DNA of 64,000 nt from contig JAXHNL010000002.1 in NCBI GenBank assembly GCA_034520565.1, forward strand, positions 1,312,001 through 1,376,000, in the 5' to 3' direction. This document shows positions 53,379-61,532 of the stretch, in pieces. The notes under the pieces were generated by a model. That model worked only from the letters and a program-made list of their open reading frames with translations, ran no database searches and was not told the origin of the DNA. Made by a program: the position numbers and the translations under genes. The DNA comes from Halodesulfurarchaeum sp. (lineage in GTDB: Archaea > Halobacteriota > Halobacteria > Halobacteriales > Halobacteriaceae). Numbering within the stretch: the first letter of the stretch is position 1; every line of letters starts with the position of its first letter.

Positions 53379-53789
53379 ATGAGTACCTCCGACCACCTGC
53401 CACGCGACATCGAGTCCGTTCGGGAGCGACTCGACGTCGTCACCCAACCGACGCGATTCGCGCTCCTCCAGGACATCCTCGGACACCCGTCGGAACTGCC
53501 GACGCTTTTGGAACTGGACTCCGTCAACCCGAGCAAGAGCCGGACGACGATCCGTCAGCACCTCCAGCAGCTCGTCGACGCCGGAATCGTCGAGGCGGTG
53601 TCTCTGCCAGCGGACCGTCGGCAGAACGATCTGCCGTACAAGTTCTACGGGATTAGCCCGCGTGGTCGGGCGTTCCTCGAGGAACACAAGCTGCTCCGGG
53701 CACAGGACACCCTCCGAGCGATTTACGACCGGGTCGAGAAGTCAGCGGACGTTGAACGGTACGAAACCGCGCCGCGACCCGAGCGCTAA
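53379..53789 (+). CDS. ArsR-like winged-HTH protein
   Basis: TR..LLQ.ILGHP..LP.L.EL....P.KS..TI..HL..L...GIV, FYG....G. Confidence 0.78.
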   Translation: MSTSDHLPRDIESVRERLDVVTQPTRFALLQDILGHPSELPTLLELDSVNPSKSRTTIRQHLQQLVDAGIVEAVSLPADRRQNDLPYKFYGISPRGRAFLEEHKLLRAQDTLRAIYDRVEKSADVERYETAPRPER

Positions 53790-53888
53790 CAGTTGCTGGT
53801 TATGTCCTCTGGTGGGACTCGGTGACGGTTTTGTGTGTGGTCTTCTCTTGGTGGTTTTGGATGTTTGCGGGAACAGATTTTGCGGTGC

Positions 53889-54353
53889 AACACCCCCGAA
53901 AGCTTCCTCCCGCCGATCGACGTATCGTCCTTTCTCACCATCATCGATAGCCCCCTACCGCTCGCAACTCTTGGATCTTCGGCTCACGGCTATCGCCGTT
54001 CGCCTCTTCTGAGACGCTCGCTTTGCTCGCATCTCACGTTCGCCGTTCGTTTTTTGAACTCCCTCCGGTCGTCTCGCCGCCCGCTCGCCGGGATATTTCT
54101 CATTCACTTCGTTCATTTCTCGCGGTTCCCTTCGGTCACCGCTCGCACATTCGGCGACGACCGGAGGGAGTCGCCCGCTCGCGATAGGGCCCCCGAAACG
54201 CACCCGAGCTGCCTGACGGCTCGCCGTCACGGTATAAGGTGGTCGGCTTAAGCCGACCATTCAGTCGGCCAGGGCGAGAGCCGAAGGCTCTCGCTTGCTC
54301 CCCCTCGGTCCTGCGGACCTCGCGGGAACCCTTTTGAAATCCCACCCAACCGC
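53889..54353. repeat. Structured repeat, copy C (mini unit plus long composite unit)
   Basis: Heads at about 53891 and 53945; 16-bp perfect IR 54058-54073/54156-54171; tail CCCTTTTGAAATCCCACCCAACCGC. Confidence 0.75.
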
Positions 54354-54553
54354 AACCGGCTTTTTCGGAAGGGGGTATTCTTCCTTCTGTTGCATTGATG
54401 TCAGCCTTTGTTCAGGGTGTAGTTTTTTCTGGGATTTGTTCGGCCTTTACGGGGAGGAGGGTGTCACGGTGAATCGGTACGTTTTCATAGCAATCGCACT
54501 CCAAACGAAATCCCAAAGCCTGATACAGCTGCAATACAACACTAATACATACG

Positions 54554-54907
54554 ATGCCCGTTACATTCGACACCTACGACGAAAACAAGGGCTCGATTGA
54601 CCTCAGCGAGGGGAGTAACGCGTACGCGATCCTATCCTTCCTCGCTGAGCATCCCGACCAGGGATTCACGCCAAGGGAGGTTCAGACGGAAACCGGCCTC
54701 CCGTATGGGAGTATTGGGCCGACACTCAAGCGGTTAGAAGAACGGGATCTCGTCCGGCACAAGGAGCCATATTGGGCCATCGGCGAGACGGAGCACCTCT
54801 CGACGTATGCGGCGATGGAGAGTACCATCTCCGCAATCGAGTCGCGATACGGGTCGGAAAACCCGAAGGACTGGCTCGACAATTCCGAATCCGTTGAAAA
54901 GGAATGA
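54554..54907 (+). CDS. Winged-HTH putative antitoxin (paralog of 41063..41452)
   Basis: MP+..D......DL..G+NA..IL.FL..HP..GFTP.E+....G+P.GS+..TL.RL. Confidence 0.72.
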   Translation: MPVTFDTYDENKGSIDLSEGSNAYAILSFLAEHPDQGFTPREVQTETGLPYGSIGPTLKRLEERDLVRHKEPYWAIGETEHLSTYAAMESTISAIESRYGSENPKDWLDNSESVEKE

Positions 54908-55251
54908 GTCTCGATACCTGTGATGTGGTCTGGCACAAGGCCCCGTTCAAGCTCCCGCAGCCGGACGGCACTCTCCCCGAACGTCCCTGGCTCATCGTTA
55001 GCAACACCAACCATCCGTTTCACGGGACCGAATATTTGGTCCTGGGGATGACCACGAACCCCCGAGGTGAAGGGATCGAAGTCGACGCATCTGACTGGGT
55101 GTCGGGCGGAACGTCTAAGACCAGCTACATCTCTCCGTGGTTCGCAATGACGTTGAAAGACACGGACATCAGTCATCACATCGGTTCGATTTCGGACACG
55201 CTCGTTACCGAGGCAATCGACGACCTCACGTATCGACTTGGTCCGGTGTAA
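54904..55251 (+). CDS. PemK/MazF-like putative toxin
   Basis: DVVW...PF........RPWLIVSN..HPF...EY..L.MTT, S...PW; ATGA overlap. Confidence 0.72.
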   Translation: MSLDTCDVVWHKAPFKLPQPDGTLPERPWLIVSNTNHPFHGTEYLVLGMTTNPRGEGIEVDASDWVSGGTSKTSYISPWFAMTLKDTDISHHIGSISDTLVTEAIDDLTYRLGPV

Positions 55252-55427
55252 TCTGGTTGGCGTATTCGTTCGTCAGGGACCGGTAATTTTCTTGGGGAAG
55301 ATTTCGTTATCGTCACACCAAAGACGTCCTCTTTGACCATTTTTTACCAGTCAGCTTGAATTCGGTCTCAATCAAGGGACGAGTCAAAGCGGATCATACC
55401 CCAGTTGTTAACTGAGAACATCTCGAT

Positions 55428-55743
55428 TTGACTCTCCTTGGGAACTGGTCTACGCCATCAGGAAAAACGGGAGTGAGGTCCGCCTACGAGGGCTATCTCG
55501 TCAGTGCGGCGGATTTCGAAGGTGGGGTCACTGCCTCCGGGAAGTCAAAAGCCGAGGCGTTAACGCATCTCGGATGCACAACTGCATGTCAGTGGCGCGA
55601 CTCCAATCGAAGATGAGGAAGAACGCTTATCAGATCTCGGCATCGATGCCGAGGAAGTCGGTGGCGAGGTGGCGACAGCGGAAGACCTCGAATTTGATGA
55701 TGAGCAGTCGTCCGACGAAACTGAGACGAAATTCCGGGTGTGA
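55428..55743 (+). pseudogene. Degenerate frameshifted HicB paralog
   Basis: GVR.AYEG.LV.A.D.E.GV.ASG.SKAEAL, then in a shifted frame DAQLH..G.TPIEDEE..L..LGID, matching 52767..53027. Confidence 0.7.
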
Positions 55744-55785
55744 TGTGGTTTGAATCGTGTTTGGGTTTAGCGTAAGGAGAGTGGC

Positions 55786-56020
55786 AACACCTCCGAGAGC
55801 CCCCTCCCGCCGATCGATGTGTCGAGATCCCTTCCCACCACCTCCGAAAGCCCCCTCCCGCTCGCGCACGTTCGCCGACATATTCCTCGCTGCTCACGGC
55901 TCACTCCGTTCACCGTTCGCTATACCGAGGCCTCCCTTTGGTCGGCCTCGCCCCGCTCGGAATAGGGGTCGCCGAAGCGCACGCGACCGCTCGGCCCCTT
56001 TCGTAGCCCCACCCAACCGC
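55786..56020. repeat. Structured repeat, copy D (mini unit plus full unit)
   Basis: The second head (from about 55836) and the tail TCGGCCCCTTTCGTAGCCCCACCCA are identical to copy A. Confidence 0.85.
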
Positions 56021-56081
56021 CCAACGGTTTGGTGGCTTTGGGATTATGTTTCGGTTCTCTGAAGCGCACTCTGGCCCGTCT

Positions 56082-57017
56082 TCAATACGCGATTTCCTCG
56101 GTCATCGCGTCCAGGCCCAGCACGGCGATCGCGCCGAGGAGACCCCAGCCGAGTAGCAACAGGGTCACAATTGGCGTCCACTCTGGGGTCGCCTCGAGCA
56201 CCCGATCACCCGGGGCTCGTAATGCGCCGATCATGAGCGCGACGAGGAAGGTCATGGTGTGGCTGCGGTGGTGTTCCAGCGCCCAGGCGACGACTCTCGC
56301 AAAGGAGAGGATTCCCACGAGTGCGCCGAAGGCGAACACGAACAGCGTCATGAATGGGTCGATCGCTGGCTGGATGGTGATGGCGAAGACCGCATGGGTG
56401 AGCTCGCTGACGGCGGTGATGATCGTCTCGTACTGGCCGAGGGTGAGGAGGATGAGCGACCCGGAGATGCCCGGGAGGACCATTGCGGAAATGCCGATCA
56501 TCCCGGCGAAAAAGAGGACGACCGGGCCCGAACCGAGATGGCCGTTCGAGAGGCCGCTGACCCAGAAGGCGAGGGCGAAGCCGGTGAGGGCGACGAGCCA
56601 GCCTGTCGCACTGGCGAGTCCGAGTTCGCCTCGGAGGACAATGGCGGAGGCGACGATCAGTCCGAAGAAGAAGGCGTAGGTCGGGCCCGCGTACGCGCCC
56701 ACGGCCCACTCGATGACGTTGGCCGCGGTGAGTGCCGCGGTGACGACGCCAACTCCCAGGACGAGGAGGAAGGGGAGGTCCATGTCCGTGGCCCGCTCCC
56801 AGGCTGCGGTGCGGGAATTTGGATCGTGGGGGCGAGCGAGATCCTTCAGGAGGGCGAATCCGCCCTCGACATCGAGGGCAGCGATCGCACCCACCAATCG
56901 GTCGTAGATGCCTGCGATGAGGGCGATGGTACCACCGGAAACGCCCGGGACGGCGTCTGCCGCTCCCATCGCGAAGCCCTTGAGGTACGTCTTCAGCCAG
57001 GCGGGGACGGACATCAC
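56082..57017 (-). CDS. DUF368 membrane protein (polyprenyl-phosphate transporter family)
   Basis: KG..MG.AD.VPGVSGGTIA.I.GIY and the second repeat AM.LPGISGS..LL.LG.Y. Confidence 0.9.
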   Translation of the reverse strand: MMSVPAWLKTYLKGFAMGAADAVPGVSGGTIALIAGIYDRLVGAIAALDVEGGFALLKDLARPHDPNSRTAAWERATDMDLPFLLVLGVGVVTAALTAANVIEWAVGAYAGPTYAFFFGLIVASAIVLRGELGLASATGWLVALTGFALAFWVSGLSNGHLGSGPVVLFFAGMIGISAMVLPGISGSLILLTLGQYETIITAVSELTHAVFAITIQPAIDPFMTLFVFAFGALVGILSFARVVAWALEHHRSHTMTFLVALMIGALRAPGDRVLEATPEWTPIVTLLLLGWGLLGAIAVLGLDAMTEEIAY

Positions 57018-60000
57018 TCGGCCGGACGGGCCGTGGCCATGCCAGCACTGATGGTCGGTCCAGCGTGCGCCTCGAGGGTCTCATCCGTGTCGACTGATTC
57101 AGTCGTGTCGTTGGTCACCGTGTCGTTGACGATCTCGTCGGTTGTGTTGGTGTCCTCAGTCTCGTTCCCCGTGGCGGTCTCGTTCGTCTCGCCGTCACCC
57201 AGCGAGCCCAGAACCTGCTCTTCGAGGGTCACGTCGATGACACCCTCCTCGGCACCGATGACCGCTCCCTCCGGGACGTGTGCGGAGGCGTTGTGCGTGG
57301 TGAGGTTCATCGTCGTCCCGTTGAAGCTCGTCGGGGTGCTGAACTCGTAGGGGCCGGTGGCCCGAACCGAGACGTTGGTGTACCCATCCTCCGGACCGTA
57401 CTCGTCGTAGTCCGAGGAGGCGTAGGGCAGGGTCATCTCGAAGGTTCCGTCCTGGCCCGTCTCGGCGTGCTGGGTGTAGGTGAACGTGCCGTCACCTGTT
57501 CGGGCGGTTGTTTGCAACTCGACCTCGGCGGTCACGGTGGTGTTGGCCGGCCCTTCACCTTCGATCGTGGCGCCCGGGACGCGCTCGAAGAGCTTGACCC
57601 AGGTCGGATGCTCCCCCTGGCGGAACTCGAGGTTGGCGAGCGTGCGCTGTGGGGCGTTCGACTGGCCGGAGAGCTTCACGAGGCGGTAGTGTTCCAGGGC
57701 TTCGACCTCCTCGCGGGGGAAGTCAGCCACGCCACCGACGAAGGCGTTGGTGTTGTTCGCGGCGTACTCCTGGGCGGCTTGCGAGGACCGGAACTGCCGC
57801 GTGGTGTTGAAGCTCGGGACGGGGTTCTGGTACTGCTCGTACTCGCGGTTCTCGATTTCGACCACGGTGTTCGCGCTCACCGCACTCCCGTGGAAGTGGT
57901 AGAGCCGGACCATCTGGCTCTCGTAGTAGCGCTGGGTCTTGAGCGTCGTGATGGGGGGCTGGTAGCCCTGCTGGAGGTAGGCCTGCGCATTAGGGCCGAG
58001 GATCCGGCCGTCGATCATGTCGCTGTAGGAGAGCGAGTCGTTGGCGTTGTAGAACACCGTCGGGGCGCTGAACTTGGCCTGGGTGTCGACCATTTTGTAG
58101 TCCACGGCGACGTAGCGGGTCTGGGCGTCGTCCTCGTCAGTGGCCTCGAGGGCCGTTGCAGCACTCTCCTCGTCAGGGGCGAGGAGGTAGTTTGCGGCCT
58201 CGGTGGCGTGTTGCTGGAACGGGTTGGCGTTGGGGATTCGCTCTCCAAGCACGGTGATCCAGTGGCCGTAGTCCCACCAGCTCATGATGCCGTAACTGCC
58301 CTCGGGGTAGTCGTAGTCACTGCCCTCGGGGACGGCGTAGGTGCCGTAGTAGTCGAGTTGGTCCTGGTTGCCCGCGCCGGCGTAGTTGCCCTCGGCGGGG
58401 GTGTTCTCGCTCAGCCAGTCGAGGGGTTCCTCCCACTGGGTGACTGCGCCGGGCCCGGCCCTATCGCCAGTTTCGATTGCGGTACGCATCGGGACCTGCT
58501 GGCCCTGATCGTTCGCGAAGGTGATCGGGGCAAGCATGGGGGCGAAGAGGAGCAGGGCGATCGTGGCGATGACCATCACGTGGCTCCAGTCGATCGAGCC
58601 TGGGGAGAGGGTCTCGACGGTGATGCCGGAAACGGCGACGATTCGGCCGACGAGGTAGGCCGCGAGGATGGAGACCGGGACGACGAGGTAGTAGTTGAAG
58701 CGGATCTGGGTGAGGGCTGCCGCGAGCATGAAGGCTGACCAGACGACGAGGAGAATTTTTTCCGTGCTGTATTTTCCGTAGACCAGGGCAGCGGCGAGGG
58801 ACAAGGAGATGAAGAGGAGTCCAGTTATGTCGGCTGGGAGGCCGACGATGCCGCCGATTGCCCCCGGTAGAGCCGGGAAGCTAACGAAGAGTGCGGCAAT
58901 GGCGAGGAACCCGGCCGCCAGACCGATCCGACGGTTGTTGTTACTCAGGAGGTGCGGTTTGAGTGTTATCCAGAGCCCGCCGACGAGGGCGACGTAGAAC
59001 GCGGCGCCGTACTCGTAGAAGAAGGCCTTCCAGGCGCCCAGTCCGAGTTGGTTGGCGCGGGATTCGATGAAGGGTTGGGCTTCCGATATGGTGGCCGCAC
59101 CAGAGCCCGTTTGTAGACCAACGATTCCAAGCAGTTGATTGACGATTCCGCCCACGAGATCTGGAAGAACGAGCATTCCTGCCCCCGTGCCGACGATCAC
59201 CGTTCCGAGGACGGCTGGTGGATAATACGACGCTTCGATGTCTCGTGTTTCCCACTCCCGACCGAGCCACGAGAGGAAGACCGCTCCTGCAGCGACGACG
59301 AACGGAGCGATGACTTGTAGGAGGGTGTAGCCCGTTGGTGAGAACTCCAAGTAACGGAGTGGAACCAGCATCAACACGCCAGCGGTGACCATTGAGATTG
59401 TCGCCGGGACGGCCGTGTGGTCCGGACTGATCCCGTTCAGGACGTCACTTGATAGTGAGATAAGCAAAAAGATGCCCACGATGCCGACTAGGAACACGCC
59501 CGGCGGCCAGAGGTACAGGTAAGCGGCCATGGCTACGCCCGCGAGAAGACTCCAGCCGAGGACTGAGCGCAGGCCTTCGAGGTCTCGTTCGAATAGCTGT
59601 TCCCAAACTGGCCGTTCTCTGTCTGCAACTGCGAAGGCAATCAGGAATCCGAGAACCGCGAGAGACATGAAGAGCGGTTCCGCGACGTTGTGATCGGCCG
59701 ATCCGATGGTGCCCCGCTGGAGGAATAACCCCGGAAGCAGGGCGAGAACCGCTGCAGCGACGACGCCAACTGCGTTCCCACCGAAGCGACGGGCGATGAA
59801 GAACGTGGGAATAGCAACGAGGGAAGCGAAGATGGCGGGAGCAAACGCGGTGACGGTGGCGATCTGTTGCGTGGATGGGTCCCCAAGGCCGACGATCAGT
59901 GCTGCGGCGGCGATTAGCTGGTCGAAGAGGGTGCCGAACTGGCCCGAGTCTGAACCTGCAGCGAACCCAGTCCAGACATCGAATGGCATGGTTGCCAGCC

Positions 60001-60229
60001 CGTTCTCGACTGAGTATTGGACCTGGCGAAAGTGGTACCAGGGGTCGTTACCGGCGAAATAGACGCCGCTTTCGCGAAGGAAGTTGTCCGCCGATTGGAT
60101 CCTGATGAAGAACATCGTCAGGACGGCCAATACGAGGGCGGGGACGTGCCACAATCGAATGACTGTCTCGGAGACGGTCGGCCAGTCGATGCCACCGCCT
60201 CCATCGGGGGAGGAAGCCTCGTCGCTCAT
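57014..60229 (-). CDS. aglB: Oligosaccharyltransferase AglB (STT3)
   Basis: GNDPWYH, DHN.AE, TI.EAQP, SWWDYGHWI, ANPFQQ. Confidence 0.96.
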   Translation of the reverse strand: MSDEASSPDGGGGIDWPTVSETVIRLWHVPALVLAVLTMFFIRIQSADNFLRESGVYFAGNDPWYHFRQVQYSVENGLATMPFDVWTGFAAGSDSGQFGTLFDQLIAAAALIVGLGDPSTQQIATVTAFAPAIFASLVAIPTFFIARRFGGNAVGVVAAAVLALLPGLFLQRGTIGSADHNVAEPLFMSLAVLGFLIAFAVADRERPVWEQLFERDLEGLRSVLGWSLLAGVAMAAYLYLWPPGVFLVGIVGIFLLISLSSDVLNGISPDHTAVPATISMVTAGVLMLVPLRYLEFSPTGYTLLQVIAPFVVAAGAVFLSWLGREWETRDIEASYYPPAVLGTVIVGTGAGMLVLPDLVGGIVNQLLGIVGLQTGSGAATISEAQPFIESRANQLGLGAWKAFFYEYGAAFYVALVGGLWITLKPHLLSNNNRRIGLAAGFLAIAALFVSFPALPGAIGGIVGLPADITGLLFISLSLAAALVYGKYSTEKILLVVWSAFMLAAALTQIRFNYYLVVPVSILAAYLVGRIVAVSGITVETLSPGSIDWSHVMVIATIALLLFAPMLAPITFANDQGQQVPMRTAIETGDRAGPGAVTQWEEPLDWLSENTPAEGNYAGAGNQDQLDYYGTYAVPEGSDYDYPEGSYGIMSWWDYGHWITVLGERIPNANPFQQHATEAANYLLAPDEESAATALEATDEDDAQTRYVAVDYKMVDTQAKFSAPTVFYNANDSLSYSDMIDGRILGPNAQAYLQQGYQPPITTLKTQRYYESQMVRLYHFHGSAVSANTVVEIENREYEQYQNPVPSFNTTRQFRSSQAAQEYAANNTNAFVGGVADFPREEVEALEHYRLVKLSGQSNAPQRTLANLEFRQGEHPTWVKLFERVPGATIEGEGPANTTVTAEVELQTTARTGDGTFTYTQHAETGQDGTFEMTLPYASSDYDEYGPEDGYTNVSVRATGPYEFSTPTSFNGTTMNLTTHNASAHVPEGAVIGAEEGVIDVTLEEQVLGSLGDGETNETATGNETEDTNTTDEIVNDTVTNDTTESVDTDETLEAHAGPTISAGMATARPAE

Positions 60230-60338
60230 TGCTTGTGACGGACAGACAGAACGCGAATAAGCCTTTTGAATCGGTCAAGAAGATGGTGGCAGTGTCGGGC
60301 GGTATTTATTCAAGGGGCCGTGTATTCTACTGATTCAC

Positions 60339-61502
60339 ATGGACGAATCGGGTTCGGAAGAGGTGGAATCCGAGATTTCATTCGAGGATTTCGATATTAG
60401 TGTGGCACACTGGCACGTCAACGCCTGGGGAGGGGCCGAGTATCTCGCGACGAAACTAGCGGAAGCGGTCGGTGAATCGACGGTTTACACAATGGGCGAG
60501 CCCGACCCGGAAGAGCCAAATCCGTATGGCGATGTCACTTTCGAGGACGTAACGGAGGTGCTTGACTATCCCCGGATTCGGCGATTACAGCGGTATGCTG
60601 GTCGTGTCTTCGAATACTCACAGTGGGAGGACGTGGACTGGCGGGAACTGGGTGATCCGGATGTGCTATTGACCTCTGGTTCGACGACGCGGGCCGTGAT
60701 CACGCCGGACGACACGTTGCACGTGAATTACTGTCATTCTCCGCCACGGTGGTTCTACGATTTGTATCACGATCGGAAGGGGACGATCATGGGGCAACTT
60801 GCCAGGCCATTGCTTCGTTATCTCCGCGTGCGCGATCAGGCAATTGATTCTCGGGTGGATCACTACTTCGTGAACAGTCCGATCATTAAACGGCGTCTCT
60901 GGAAGTACTACAAACGCGATTCCGAGATCCTCTACCCTCCCGTCGATATCGATAACTACCGGAATGAAGGGGATGGGGGGTATTTCCTACATCTGGGTCG
61001 TCTGGACGAAGAAAAGGGGGTTCCGGCTGTTGTCGAGGCCTTTCATGGATTAGACGAACGACTCATCTTTGCTGGAGGAATGGGTGACATCAACCAGTCT
61101 GTCCGAGATGAGATAGTGGAGGCATCGAATATTGAATATCGGGGATTTGTTTCCGAGGATGAAAAACTCGACCTTCTCGCCAATTGTTCAGCGGTGGTGT
61201 TCAATGGACGGAACGAGGATTTTGGAATCGTTTCGATCGAAGCGAACGCGAGTGGAAAACCTGTTCTAGTCCGTAATGAAGGCTTCCCAGCGGTTTTCGT
61301 CGAAGAAGGGGAGAATGGATGCCTTCACACAGGGAAAGCTGTGGACATTCGACGATCGATACAAAATTTCCAAGGTAAGGAATTCACAGATATCGCTTCC
61401 AAAGTAGATCGGTTCTCTCTGGAACAGTTCGAAACCGAACTTCGAACCAGCCTTGAAGAAAAATACGCAGATCTCCTGCAGATATCCGCCAGTACCAAAT
61501 AG
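60339..61502 (+). CDS. GT4 family glycosyltransferase
   Basis: GGAE, YCHSP.R, YPPVD, GRL...KG, EDFGIVSIEA.A.GKPV. Confidence 0.9.
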   Translation: MDESGSEEVESEISFEDFDISVAHWHVNAWGGAEYLATKLAEAVGESTVYTMGEPDPEEPNPYGDVTFEDVTEVLDYPRIRRLQRYAGRVFEYSQWEDVDWRELGDPDVLLTSGSTTRAVITPDDTLHVNYCHSPPRWFYDLYHDRKGTIMGQLARPLLRYLRVRDQAIDSRVDHYFVNSPIIKRRLWKYYKRDSEILYPPVDIDNYRNEGDGGYFLHLGRLDEEKGVPAVVEAFHGLDERLIFAGGMGDINQSVRDEIVEASNIEYRGFVSEDEKLDLLANCSAVVFNGRNEDFGIVSIEANASGKPVLVRNEGFPAVFVEEGENGCLHTGKAVDIRRSIQNFQGKEFTDIASKVDRFSLEQFETELRTSLEEKYADLLQISASTK

Positions 61503-61532
61503 ATCCCCGAAAAAGGGAAACTCGATTGACCG

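Noticed and set aside
53034-54600. ORFs 53034..53291, 53835..54251, 53955..54260 and 54295..54600 as proteins
   Set aside because: They are largely translations through the hairpin repeats, and their Arg/Pro/Ser- or Phe/Cys-rich composition is unlike haloarchaeal proteins.
52548-56020. CRISPR array or canonical integron
   Set aside because: The repeats are long and variable with gene-sized spacers. There are no cas or intI genes, and attC core sites are not consistently present (ATCTAAC precedes only copy B).
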